From NCBI GenBank assembly GCA_964384675.1, contig CAYLNK010000001.1:5518-69517 (forward strand): a stretch of 64,000 nt of DNA, given 5' to 3'. The notes beneath the pieces are model-generated. The model did not search any database and was not told the DNA's origin. It was given only the letters and a program-made list of their open reading frames with translations. The position numbers and the translations under genes were made by a program. This document shows positions 37,225 to 46,074 of this stretch, piece by piece (within the stretch, counting starts at the first letter, position 1; the number at the start of each line of letters is the position of its first letter). This DNA comes from an uncultured Holophagales bacterium (GTDB taxonomy: Bacteria > Acidobacteriota > Thermoanaerobaculia > UBA5066).

Positions 37225-38508
37225 TCACCTCCGGTCCGGGGCACCGCCCCAGAGCGCTTCGAGCTCGCTCTTGCCTCGCTCGTAGGCGAGGGCGAGCTCC
37301 TCGAGACGGGCCTCGGCGTCGTCGGCCGTGCCGGACTCCGTCTCGGCGACGAACGTCGCCACCTTTCCGAGGTACAACGGGACGAGAGAGCGGATGAGCG
37401 TGGCGGTCGGGAGCGCCCTCCTCCGGTATCCGGCGGCCGACTCCGCCACGATCCGGACCCAGGTTTCGTCGCCGAGCGACACCGCGGGCGCCTGCGCGGC
37501 CTCGCGAATGCCGTCGAGAGACGCCGGAGAGAGGAAGGCCTCCCAGACCGGCGGCAGGTCGTGAGCCGCCTGGCGGAACAGGGCCAGGAGCCGGTCGAGC
37601 CGCACGGGGACAGGCTCCAGCCCCACGGTGTACGGGAACCCGAAGACCGGGACGGCCGTCGAGCCGCGAACGCCCCTCCAGACCGCCTCGTGACGCTCCA
37701 TGAGCTGGAAGAGCGTCGAGACGACCTGGACCAGCATCGGCGAGAGGTCGGAGCCGGGGTCCTTCGGGTCGTGGATCTTCGCGCCGAGGAACGCCTGGGC
37801 GACCCGACGTCCCTCGGCCAGCGCGGTGGTCGTCATGAAGACGTCGATGCCGAACTGGGCGACGGGACCTTCCCAGTCCTCGAACTCGAGGAAGCGGGCC
37901 GCGAGGCCGCCGGAGAACCCGAAGTCGCCGCCGATCGGCTGGCGCACGCGCTTCCCGTAGAGCGCGCGCGTCAAGGGGTAGACGATCGTGTTGGTGATCG
38001 TCCCGTCGTACCGGTGCCGGCCGTACAGCGGCGCCACGAACTCGAAGCCGTGACGCGTGATCGGCTCGAGCAGGAGCTCGACCCACTCGGGCGTGATGCT
38101 CCGGAGGTCGCTGTCGACGACGCAGCAGGCGCGCGCCTCGAGCTCGGCGGCGATCCGGAAGATGGTCCGGAACGCGCTCCCCTTGCCCGGGATCCCGTGG
38201 TACGGGGTCACGATCCGCTCCGTCGACGTGGACGGGACCGCGTCCACGAGGATCTCGGCGAGGCTCCCCACCTCGGTCCGCTCGACGATCTCACGGGTCC
38301 GGTCGGTGGAGCCTCCGTCGGAGTTGACCAGGACGGCTCGGGCGTCGGGGAAGTGGCGGGCGAGTCCGGCCACGACGGCCCGGACGACGTGACCGATCGT
38401 CTGGGCGTTGTTGAAGGACGGGATCCCGACGAGGATGTCCGCCCGGCCGATGCGCGCCAGGGCGGAGGCCACCTCGGGGGAGAGCGGCGGCAGGCTGGCC
38501 CCGCTCAT
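37225..38508 (-). CDS. gpgS: GT81-like glycosyltransferase, glucosyl-3-phosphoglycerate synthase (GpgS)-like.
   Basis: GT-A fold N-terminus ILVGIPSFNNAQTIGHVV, then NSDGGSTDRTREIV...GKGSAF...VVDSDL (DXD), similar to mycobacterial GpgS. ATG start at 38508 overlaps the upstream MpgP stop (ATGA). Confidence 0.65.
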   Translation of the reverse strand: MSGASLPPLSPEVASALARIGRADILVGIPSFNNAQTIGHVVRAVVAGLARHFPDARAVLVNSDGGSTDRTREIVERTEVGSLAEILVDAVPSTSTERIVTPYHGIPGKGSAFRTIFRIAAELEARACCVVDSDLRSITPEWVELLLEPITRHGFEFVAPLYGRHRYDGTITNTIVYPLTRALYGKRVRQPIGGDFGFSGGLAARFLEFEDWEGPVAQFGIDVFMTTTALAEGRRVAQAFLGAKIHDPKDPGSDLSPMLVQVVSTLFQLMERHEAVWRGVRGSTAVPVFGFPYTVGLEPVPVRLDRLLALFRQAAHDLPPVWEAFLSPASLDGIREAAQAPAVSLGDETWVRIVAESAAGYRRRALPTATLIRSLVPLYLGKVATFVAETESGTADDAEARLEELALAYERGKSELEALWGGAPDRR

Positions 38509-39272
38509 CGAGACGCCCCGAGGAGGGACCTCACGGCCTCGGCCCATCCGGCCCCGCCCGGGAGGGCCGCGCGTCGGCCCGCCGGCACCTCGGCGGCGAG
38601 CCGGGGGTCGACGTCGCCCGCGGCGCCGGGGACGAGGACCGCGACGTCACAGAGAGCGAGGAATCCGGCGTCGTTCGGTGCGTCGCCCAGACCCGCGACG
38701 GGGCGGGCCACGATTCCCCCCGACAGGAGGAGGCGGACGGCGTCCTCCTTCCCGTGGTCGCCGGAGAGGTGCCAGAAGATCCCTCCCCGCGTCAGCCGAG
38801 TCCCCGGCAGCCGACCCGCGACCCGGGTGAGCTCGGGTCCCGCGTCGGGCGGCGCGAGGAACGGCAGGCCCCACCGGCGCGCGAGCATCGCCGGGAGACT
38901 CCGTTCGGGGAGGCCCGTCCGCGCCACGAGCTCGGCGGTCGACAAGGTGGAGACCGACCGCAAGGGCAGGCCGCAGAGCTCCGAGAGGCGTGAGAGGCGC
39001 TCTTGAAGGGCGCTCATGGGCAGTGCCGAAGGATGCACCTCGGCCCGGCCGGACGCCACGATGCCCGCACCGTTCTCGAAGCTGCCGATCCCGCCGAGAT
39101 CGAGCTCGGAGAGGAGATCGCGCAGCTCGAGCTCGGTCTTGCTGGTCAGCGGGACCACCGGGATGCCGCGCCTCCGGAGAGCGTCGACCGCCGCCCGGGC
39201 CTCGGCTCCGAGGACCCCTCCGCGGTCCAGGAGGGTACCGTCCAGGTCGGTGAGGACGGCGCCCAGCTCCAT
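38505..39272 (-). CDS. mpgP: HAD-IIB hydrolase, mannosyl-3-phosphoglycerate phosphatase family (MpgP/YedP/GpgP-like).
   Basis: MELGAVLTDLDGTLLDRGG...IPVVPLTSKTELE...GLGDAPNDAGFL. HAD motifs I, II and IV are arranged as in MPGP. Confidence 0.8.
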   Translation of the reverse strand: MELGAVLTDLDGTLLDRGGVLGAEARAAVDALRRRGIPVVPLTSKTELELRDLLSELDLGGIGSFENGAGIVASGRAEVHPSALPMSALQERLSRLSELCGLPLRSVSTLSTAELVARTGLPERSLPAMLARRWGLPFLAPPDAGPELTRVAGRLPGTRLTRGGIFWHLSGDHGKEDAVRLLLSGGIVARPVAGLGDAPNDAGFLALCDVAVLVPGAAGDVDPRLAAEVPAGRRAALPGGAGWAEAVRSLLGASR

Positions 39273-39275
39273 TCC

Positions 39276-39428
39276 TCAGATCCCCAGGATGAGCTTGATC
39301 ACGAACATCAGCGCGATCGTGCCGAAGAAGAAGACGGCGGCCTTGATCCGGTCCTTTCTCTCGTCCGTCTCTTCTCCCGCGGGACGCCCGGCGGGCTCCG
39401 GTCCGCTCTCTTGCTTCTGCGTCGACAT
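39276..39428 (-). CDS. Small (50 aa) tail-anchored membrane protein; not in the ORF track because it is below the length cutoff.
   Basis: MSTQKQESGPEPAGRPAGEETDERKDRIKAAVFFFGTIALMFVIKLILGI*. Strong RBS GAGGAGGG lies ~5 nt upstream of the ATG. The stop is 3 nt before the mpgP ATG. Charged N-terminus with a single C-terminal TM helix. Confidence 0.4.
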   Translation of the reverse strand: MSTQKQESGPEPAGRPAGEETDERKDRIKAAVFFFGTIALMFVIKLILGI

Positions 39429-39479
39429 CCGTCCCTCCTCACCGCCCGGCCGTAGCGACCGAGCGAGCCGTGAAACACG

Positions 39480-40739
39480 TCATCGCCCGCGGGCTTCGGG
39501 ATCGCCCGGGGAGTCGTCCGACATCGCTTCCGACACCAGGTCGGAGAGCGGTGTGCTTTTCCGTGGCCGCGAGACCATCGGAGTCTTCACCAGGAGCGCT
39601 CTGAGGGCGGGCGGCGAAAGGAACGTCGTCACGATCACCATCAGCGCGACCGAGCCGTAGAGGCCGCTCGAGAGCACTCCCGCCGCGAGCCCCAGCTGCG
39701 CGAAGATCAGCCCGACCTCCCCCCGGGGCACCATCCCCACACCGATGACGAGCCGGCGCAGGGGCCGCCCGAAGGCCGCGTAGCCGGCCAGGACCTTGCC
39801 GACGATCGCGACGAACGTGAGGAGCAGCCCGACCAGGAAATACGGCCGGGAGGCCGCGTCGAACGGGCTCAGGGCCTTCAGGTCGACGGCGGCCCCGACC
39901 GAGACGAAGAAGATCGGGATGAAGAACTGGGCGATGTCGTGGACCTCGTGCTCGATCTCCCGCCCTCGCTCGGTGCGAGCCAGGACGAGGCCCGCCGCGA
40001 ACGCACCGATGATGAGCGCGGAGCCGACGAGCTGAGCCAGCCACGCCAGCGCGAAGGCGTAGACGATGGAGGCGAAGAACAACGCCTTGGCCACCCGAAG
40101 GCGCGCGATCCACCGGATGAGGTACGGTGCGAGCCAGGAGCCGATCACGACCGCCAGGGCCACGAACCCGAAGGCGATCGCGAAGAGCTTGCCGATCCCG
40201 AAGGCGCTCATCTTCTCGCCCGCGGCCACCGCGCTCACGACCGCGAGGAGGACGAGCCCCAGGACGTCGTCGATCACAGCCGCGCCGAGGATCACCTGGG
40301 ACTCGTCGCTCTCGAGGTGCCCGAGGTCCGACAGGACGCGCGCGGTGATCCCGACGGAGGTCGCCGTGAGGGCCGCGCCGAGGAAGACGGCGACGGTGGG
40401 CGGGTAGCCGAGCAGCCATCCGACCCCGGCGCCTGCCGCGAACGGCAGGACCACGCCGACGAGGGCGACCGCCGACGAGGCCCCGCCCACCGAGAGCAGG
40501 CGCCGAAGATCGGTCTCGAGCCCGATCAGGAAGAGCAGCAGGACGACGCCGAGCTCCGACAGGAGATGCAGGACGGGCTGGTGCGGGTCCACGAGGTGCA
40601 GGCCGGAGACGCCGACGACGATCCCGCCGAGCATCTCCCCGAGGACGGCCGGCTGCCCGATCCGCTCGGCGAGCTCGCCGAACACCTTGGCGGCAACGAA
40701 GACGACCAGGAGGGAAAGGAGAAGATCGGCTGCGGTCAT
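39480..40739 (-). CDS. Monovalent cation:proton antiporter (CPA2 family, KefB/NapA-like Na+(K+)/H+ exchanger).
   Basis: 419 aa, about 12 TM helices. Characteristic segments GEMLGGIVVG, LLLFLIGLETDL and GAALTATSVGITARVL. The overlapping ORF 39439..40776 in another frame is rejected. Confidence 0.9.
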   Translation of the reverse strand: MTAADLLLSLLVVFVAAKVFGELAERIGQPAVLGEMLGGIVVGVSGLHLVDPHQPVLHLLSELGVVLLLFLIGLETDLRRLLSVGGASSAVALVGVVLPFAAGAGVGWLLGYPPTVAVFLGAALTATSVGITARVLSDLGHLESDESQVILGAAVIDDVLGLVLLAVVSAVAAGEKMSAFGIGKLFAIAFGFVALAVVIGSWLAPYLIRWIARLRVAKALFFASIVYAFALAWLAQLVGSALIIGAFAAGLVLARTERGREIEHEVHDIAQFFIPIFFVSVGAAVDLKALSPFDAASRPYFLVGLLLTFVAIVGKVLAGYAAFGRPLRRLVIGVGMVPRGEVGLIFAQLGLAAGVLSSGLYGSVALMVIVTTFLSPPALRALLVKTPMVSRPRKSTPLSDLVSEAMSDDSPGDPEARGR

Positions 40740-40764
40740 CGACGTTCGCTCCCATCGAATCCGG

Positions 40765-40787
40765 AGCGTTCCTCACGCTCCGGCTCT
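40765..40787. terminator. GC hairpin CCGGAGCG-ttcctca-CGCTCCGG between the DinB-like gene and the antiporter gene; possible terminator or attenuator.
   Basis: Perfect 8-bp inverted repeat with a 7-nt loop in the 143-nt intergenic gap. No T-tract. Confidence 0.25.
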
Positions 40788-40882
40788 CACGGCGCGAACG
40801 GCGGCCCGACCGTCTGCGGTTCCTGCGGGACGCCCGTCCCGCACCCGGCTCGATTGTAGGCCAGTCGTCCGGCGGCCCCGCC

Positions 40883-41386
40883 TCAGCCCGGACGGACGGT
40901 CCGTCCCGATGCCGCGGCGAGGATCTCGCCGACGATCTTCAGGTGGTGCCCCGTGTGGATCCGCGCGAACCGCACCGTCTGCGTCGCGGTCAACCCGCCG
41001 AAGTACGGGTGGCGCATCACGGGCACGCGCGCCGCGAGGAGCACCGGCCGGTCGACCACGGCCTGGAGCGCCCCGACGCATCGCCGGTGTGACTCGGCCA
41101 GCGCGTCGGACGTCACCTCCCGCCCCACGAGGGCCTCCGGCGACTTCCCCTTGCCGCGCGGGATCCAGCCGAGCGTCAGCACCAGGCGCCCACGCCAGTC
41201 CAGGGGCGGCATCGCCTCTTCCGACGGCTTCGCGACCCGCTTCAGCATCCCGGTGCCGACCCGGAGGACGTGGTCGAGGTGCTGGGCCGCCGACCAGGCC
41301 GAGACGCCCGGCGCCGACGGGAGCGGCCCCGCGACGAGGGTCGCGATGCGGTCGAGCTGGACGCGAAGGGTGTCCAGATCGCTCAA
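40883..41386 (-). CDS. DinB/YfiT-like (DinB_2 superfamily) four-helix-bundle protein.
   Basis: C-terminal ~167 aa: ...QHLDHVLRVGTGMLKRV...HRRCVGALQAV...RHPYFGGLTATQTVRFARIHTGHHLKIVGEIL carries the His-rich DinB pattern. The N-terminal ~260 aa of track ORF (to 42169) is low-complexity overlap with the aminoacylase gene. Likely TTG start overlaps the upstream stop (TTGA). Confidence 0.5.
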   Translation of the reverse strand: MSDLDTLRVQLDRIATLVAGPLPSAPGVSAWSAAQHLDHVLRVGTGMLKRVAKPSEEAMPPLDWRGRLVLTLGWIPRGKGKSPEALVGREVTSDALAESHRRCVGALQAVVDRPVLLAARVPVMRHPYFGGLTATQTVRFARIHTGHHLKIVGEILAAASGRTVRPG

Positions 41387-42981
41387 CGGGACGCCGGGGC
41401 CCTGGTCCCCGGCCCGAGCAGCGGGCGACCCGGACGGGCTCGTGTGATCTTCCCGCCGTCCACCACGAGCGTGCCGTTGACGGCCACGTACGGAAAGCCC
41501 GCCGAGTAGCGGTTGGGCTCGGCGAACGTCGACACGGCCCGCACCGCGGCGAGGTCGAACGCGACGAGGTCGGCCGCCATCCCGGACTTCAGCAGTCCCC
41601 GGTCGCCGAGCCGCGCGCGAGCGGCCGGGAGCGAGGTCATCTTGCGAACGGCCTCCTCGAGCGGCAGGAGCTTCTCGTCGCGGACGTACGTGGCGAGGAT
41701 CCGCGCCGTCGAGGCCCAGCCGCGGGGATGCGAGCGCTCCTGCGAGTAGATACCGTCCTCGGCCGAGGCGGGGGAGTCCGTGCAGAAGGCGACCAGGCGG
41801 TGCTTCACGCCGGCCCGCACGTCGTCCTCGTCCATGACGAACGTGATGCAGTACGTGCCGGCCCTGTCCGCGGCGACGATGTCCATGATGGCGTCGCGCG
41901 GGTCCTTCCCCTCGGCGCGGGCGATCTCCTCGATCGTCTTGCCCTCGTACGCCTTCAGGGAGGGGCTCAGCACGGCCGACACGAGAATGCCCGCGGGCCC
42001 GCCCGCGCCGACGTACTGGTTCGACCAGGCGTCGGAGTCCTCGGCCATGTCCCTCTTCGCGCGTTCCCGCAGGGCCGGGTCCTTCAGGCGCGCGAGCAGC
42101 GGATCGCGTCCGCCCTCGCGGATCCAGGGAGGCAGGCAGGCGTCGAGGCCGTTCGAGGCGGCGGTCCACGGATACTGGTTCGCCGCCACGTCGAGGCCCT
42201 CGGCGCGCGCCTTCTCGAGCCGCGCCAGGACACCGGGGAGCTTCCCCCAGTTCCGCTTGCTGGAGGTCTTCAGGTGCCAGACGTCCGCGGGGATCCGCGC
42301 CTCACGGGCGATCCGGAACACCTCGTCTAGGGAGGCGTCGACGGCGTTCCCCTCGGAGCGCTGATGGGTGAAGTAGACGCCCCCGTACCGGGCGGCCACC
42401 CGCGCCATCGCGATGATCTCCTCGGTGGAGTTGTACATGTCGGGGACGTACTGGAGCGAGGTCGAGACGCCGAGGGCCCCCTCCTCCATCGCCCGCGCGA
42501 CGATCGCCTCCATCTCGGCGAGCTCCTTCGGCGTGGCGCGCCGGTCCACCTTCCCGATCACGAGGTCGCGTACGCCGCCGAGCCCCACGAAGGTGCCGAG
42601 GTTGAGCGTGGGCGGGGTGCGGCGGAACCGGGAGAGGTAGTCGGCCAGGGACGTCCAGTCGGGACGGAGGCCGTAGCGCTTCCAGACGTCCTCGCTCTCG
42701 GCGATCTGCCGGGCGTTCGTGGGCGCGATCGACGAGCCCTCGCCGGTCACCTCGGTCGTGATCCCCTGGGTGATCTTCGAGGCCGCGCGGCGGTCCACCA
42801 GCGCGGCGTACTCCGACTGGCCGAGGAGGTCGATGAACCCCGGCGCCACGTGGAGCGCCGAAGCGTCGATCCGGCGCCCGGCGCGGGACTTCCGGTCCTC
42901 GGGGAGATGCCCGACCGCCGCGATCCTGTCGCCCCGCACCGCGACGTCGGCCCGGAACGCGGGCGCACCCGTTCCGTCCAC
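41383..42981 (-). CDS. N-acyl-D-amino-acid deacylase (D-aminoacylase), amidohydrolase superfamily; true start probably upstream of the track start.
   Basis: VDGTGAPAFRADVAVRGDRIAAVGHL...APGFIDLLGQSEY... aligns with D-aminoacylases. The family N-terminus (..DLVLEGGLVVDG..) and a Tat-like signal peptide are encoded in frame upstream of GTG 42981, to about 43095, without an ATG/GTG/TTG. Confidence 0.8.
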   Translation of the reverse strand: MDGTGAPAFRADVAVRGDRIAAVGHLPEDRKSRAGRRIDASALHVAPGFIDLLGQSEYAALVDRRAASKITQGITTEVTGEGSSIAPTNARQIAESEDVWKRYGLRPDWTSLADYLSRFRRTPPTLNLGTFVGLGGVRDLVIGKVDRRATPKELAEMEAIVARAMEEGALGVSTSLQYVPDMYNSTEEIIAMARVAARYGGVYFTHQRSEGNAVDASLDEVFRIAREARIPADVWHLKTSSKRNWGKLPGVLARLEKARAEGLDVAANQYPWTAASNGLDACLPPWIREGGRDPLLARLKDPALRERAKRDMAEDSDAWSNQYVGAGGPAGILVSAVLSPSLKAYEGKTIEEIARAEGKDPRDAIMDIVAADRAGTYCITFVMDEDDVRAGVKHRLVAFCTDSPASAEDGIYSQERSHPRGWASTARILATYVRDEKLLPLEEAVRKMTSLPAARARLGDRGLLKSGMAADLVAFDLAAVRAVSTFAEPNRYSAGFPYVAVNGTLVVDGGKITRARPGRPLLGPGTRAPASR

Positions 42982-43090
42982 GACCAGACCACCTTCGAGG
43001 ACGAGGTCGTCAGCCGGGGGCTGCGTGCCCGACGCGGCGCCCAGGAAGACCAGCGCGGCGGCGCCGGCCGCCGCCGCGAGGAAAGGCCGT

Positions 43091-43363
43091 CTAATAGCGA
43101 TCGCGCGGCGGGCGGTCGGAGGCCGCCTTCGGGCGCGCCTCGTTCACGCGGATCGTCCGTCCGTCGTGCTGCGAGCCGTTCAGCGCCTGGATCGCCCGCT
43201 GGGCGTCGGCATCGCTCATCTCGACGAAGCCGAATCCTTTCGACCTTCCGGTCTGACGGTCCATCACCACCGTGGCCGACTCCACGCCGCCGTACCCCTC
43301 GAAGAGGGCGCGGAGGCTGGCGTCGTTGACGGAATACGCGAGATTCCCGACGTAGAGCTTCAT
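43091..43363 (-). CDS. RNA-binding protein with a single RRM (RNP-1) domain.
   Basis: 90 aa. MKLYVGNLAYSVNDASLRALFEGYGGVESATVVMDRQTGRSKGFGFVEM. RNP-2 LYVGNL and RNP-1 KGFGFVEM are present. The 5' part of track ORF 43091..46027 is antisense artefact. Confidence 0.8.
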   Translation of the reverse strand: MKLYVGNLAYSVNDASLRALFEGYGGVESATVVMDRQTGRSKGFGFVEMSDADAQRAIQALNGSQHDGRTIRVNEARPKAASDRPPRDRY

Positions 43364-43435
43364 CTCGAGAGTCCTTTCGGGCGGTTGCTGGCCTGGAAGA
43401 TTATCACGCCGCACTCTTGGTACTCTCCCCGGCCT

Positions 43436-44665
43436 ATGGCCGAGATCCGACCGTTTCCCTCGGGACGTCCCGCGCCGGCGCTCGCCGCGCGCGTGGCGTC
43501 CGTCCCGTACGACGTGATCGACACCCCGGAGGCGCGGGAGCTGGCGAAGGGGAACGACGTGTCGTTCCTCCACGTCTGCCGGCCCGAGATCGACCTGCCC
43601 GAGGGGACCCCCCTCTACGCCGACGAGGTGTACGCGAAAGGGCGGGAGAACCTCGACCGCTTCTACGCGAACGGCACGCTCGTCGCCGACGGGACGCCGC
43701 GCCTCTTCGTCTACCGCCAGACCTGGCGCGGGCGCAAGCAGGACGGCCTGGTCGCCACCTGCTCGGTGGACGACTACGACGCCGACGTGATCAAGAAGCA
43801 CGAGAAGACGCGGGCCGACAAGGAGAACGACCGCGTGCGCCACGTGCTGACGCAGTCGGCGCACGCCGAGCCGGTCTTCCTCACGTACCGGGCGGCGGAC
43901 GACGTCGATGCGCGCGTCGCCACGATCACCGCGACCCCGCCGGAGTTCGACTTCCTCGCGCCGGACGGCGTCGGGCACACGCTCTGGCTCGTCCCCGAGG
44001 CGGACGCGGCGTTCTTCGTGGAGCGCTTCCGCGCGATCCCGATGCTCTACGTCGCCGACGGCCACCACCGCTGCGCGTCGGCGTCGCGGGCGCGGGCGGC
44101 CCTCCGCGAGAAGGACCCGAGCCTCTCGCCGGAGCATCCCGTGAACTGGTTCACCGCGACGATCTTCCCCGACCGGGAGCTCGCGATCCTGCCGTACAAC
44201 CGCCTCGTGAAGGACCTCCACGGGCGCACGCCGGACGGGTTCCTGGGGGAGGTGTCCAAGGCGTTCCGCGTGACCGAAGGAGCCGGCGCCGAGCCGGAGC
44301 GGAAGGGCGAGGTGCGGATGTACCTGGGCGGGCGCTGGCTCGGGCTGACGCCGCTCGCGCCCGTGGACGCGAGCGACCCGATCGGCTCCCTCGACGTCTC
44401 CGTCCTCCAGGACCGGCTGCTGGCGCCGCTCCTCGGAATCGGGGACCCGCGCACCGACAAGCGGATCGACTTCGTGGGGGGCATCCGCGGCACCGGCGAG
44501 CTCGTCAAGCGGGTCGAGTCCGGCGCCTTCGCGGTCGCCTTCTCGATGTTCCCGACGACGCTCGGAGAGCTGATGGCGATCGCCGACGCCGGCGCCACGA
44601 TGCCACCCAAGTCGACGTGGTTCGAGCCGAAGCTCCGCTCCGGCCTCTTCGTCCATCGATTCTGA
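43436..44665 (+). CDS. DUF1015-family conserved protein.
   Basis: About 409 aa from ATG 43436. MAEIRPFPSGRPAPALAARVASVPYDVIDTPEARELA...MLYVADGHHRCASAS... matches the DUF1015 pattern. Frequently found next to serA. The upstream part of track ORF 42719.. is rejected. Confidence 0.7.
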   Translation: MAEIRPFPSGRPAPALAARVASVPYDVIDTPEARELAKGNDVSFLHVCRPEIDLPEGTPLYADEVYAKGRENLDRFYANGTLVADGTPRLFVYRQTWRGRKQDGLVATCSVDDYDADVIKKHEKTRADKENDRVRHVLTQSAHAEPVFLTYRAADDVDARVATITATPPEFDFLAPDGVGHTLWLVPEADAAFFVERFRAIPMLYVADGHHRCASASRARAALREKDPSLSPEHPVNWFTATIFPDRELAILPYNRLVKDLHGRTPDGFLGEVSKAFRVTEGAGAEPERKGEVRMYLGGRWLGLTPLAPVDASDPIGSLDVSVLQDRLLAPLLGIGDPRTDKRIDFVGGIRGTGELVKRVESGAFAVAFSMFPTTLGELMAIADAGATMPPKSTWFEPKLRSGLFVHRF

Positions 44666-44749
44666 AGTACCGCGGGGGAGCCTACCGCCTTCGGCGGGCT
44701 GGCCGCCGCACCCCTCCGAGCCGCCGGAAACCCACCCGGGAGTCGTGAA

Positions 44750-45955
44750 ATGAGAGTTCTCGTCGCGGACAAGTTCGAGGAATCGGGGATCCAGGGCCTC
44801 CGGGGGATTGGCTGCGAGGTGATCTACGAGCCGAAGCTCGAGGGCGACTCCCTGGGGGCGCGCCTCGCGGAGACGGCGGCGGAGGTGCTCGTCGTCCGCT
44901 CCACGAAGGTCGGGGCCGCCGAGATCGAGCGCGGGGCGGCCCTCGCGCTGATCGTGCGGGCCGGCGCCGGCGTGAACACCATCGACCTCGCCGCCGCCTC
45001 CCAGCGCGCCGTCGCGGTGTCGAACTGCCCGGGGAAGAACTCGATCGCGGTGGCCGAGCTGGCCTGGGGGCTCCTCCTCGCGCTCGACCGGCGGATCGCC
45101 GACCAGACGGCCGACCTGAAGGCCGGCATCTGGAACAAGGCGGAGTACAGCAAGGCGAGGGGCCTCGCCGGCCGCACGCTCGGCGTGATCGGCACCGGCT
45201 CCATCGGGCGCGAGGTGATCGCCCGGGCGAAGGCGTTCGGGATGCCGGTCGTCGCCTGGAGCCGCTCGCTGGACGCGGCCGGCGCCGCGGCCCTGGGCGT
45301 GGCGCGGGCCGAGTCGATCCACGAGCTGGCCCTCGCCTCGGACGCCGTCTCGGTTCACCTCGCGCTGACGAAGGAGACGCGCCTCCTCCTCGACGCCTCG
45401 TTCTTCGGAGCGATGCGGGCGGGCGCGCTCTTCGTGAACACCAGCCGTGGCGAGGTCGTGGACGGCGCCGCGCTCCGGGCCGCCGTCGACGAGAAGAAGA
45501 TCCGCGCGGGGCTCGACGTCTTCGAGACCGAGCCGTCGGGCGGTACGGGGACGTTCGAGGACCCGGTCGTCGTGCTGGCCGGCGTCGTCGGAACGCATCA
45601 CGTCGGCGCCTCCACCGAGCAGGCGCAGAACGCCATAGCCGCCGAGACGGTGCGGATCGTGGCCGCCTTCAAGTCGACGGGCTCCGTCCCGAACGCCGTC
45701 AACCTCCTCGACCGGACCCCGGCGACGCATCTCCTGTCGATCCGGCACCGCGACCGCGTGGGCGTGCTGGCCCACATCTTCGGCGAGCTGCGCGAGGCCC
45801 GGATCAACGTGGAGCAGACCGAGAACGTGGTGTTCGCCGGCGCCGAGGCGGCGTGCGCGCGGGTCCAGGTGGACCGGGCGCCCGAGCCCGAGGTGCTGGA
45901 GAGGATCCGCAGCGGCCACGAGGACGTCCTCTCGGTCACTCTCACGAAAATCTGA
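44750..45955 (+). CDS. serA: D-3-phosphoglycerate dehydrogenase with a C-terminal ACT domain.
   Basis: 401 aa. 2-hydroxyacid dehydrogenase NAD-binding motif GVIGTGSIGREVA, then ACT-like C-terminus HLLSIRHRDRVGVLAHIFGELREARINVEQ. Confidence 0.9.
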   Translation: MRVLVADKFEESGIQGLRGIGCEVIYEPKLEGDSLGARLAETAAEVLVVRSTKVGAAEIERGAALALIVRAGAGVNTIDLAAASQRAVAVSNCPGKNSIAVAELAWGLLLALDRRIADQTADLKAGIWNKAEYSKARGLAGRTLGVIGTGSIGREVIARAKAFGMPVVAWSRSLDAAGAAALGVARAESIHELALASDAVSVHLALTKETRLLLDASFFGAMRAGALFVNTSRGEVVDGAALRAAVDEKKIRAGLDVFETEPSGGTGTFEDPVVVLAGVVGTHHVGASTEQAQNAIAAETVRIVAAFKSTGSVPNAVNLLDRTPATHLLSIRHRDRVGVLAHIFGELREARINVEQTENVVFAGAEAACARVQVDRAPEPEVLERIRSGHEDVLSVTLTKI

Positions 45956-46074
45956 CCCGCGCAATCGTGCCGGAACATCAGCCCGGCGCATTAACGCCTT
46001 TTTCGGGCGCGGCGGCCGGCGGCTCATAATTCTCTCCGAGCCGCGTCTCCTGGGCGCGCGGAGGGAGAGAAGGC

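Noticed and set aside
39439-40776. 445-aa ORF overlapping the CPA2 antiporter gene in a different frame on the same strand.
   Set aside because: The Arg/Gly-rich translation has no TM pattern. The co-linear frame 39480..40739 gives a textbook 12-TM antiporter.
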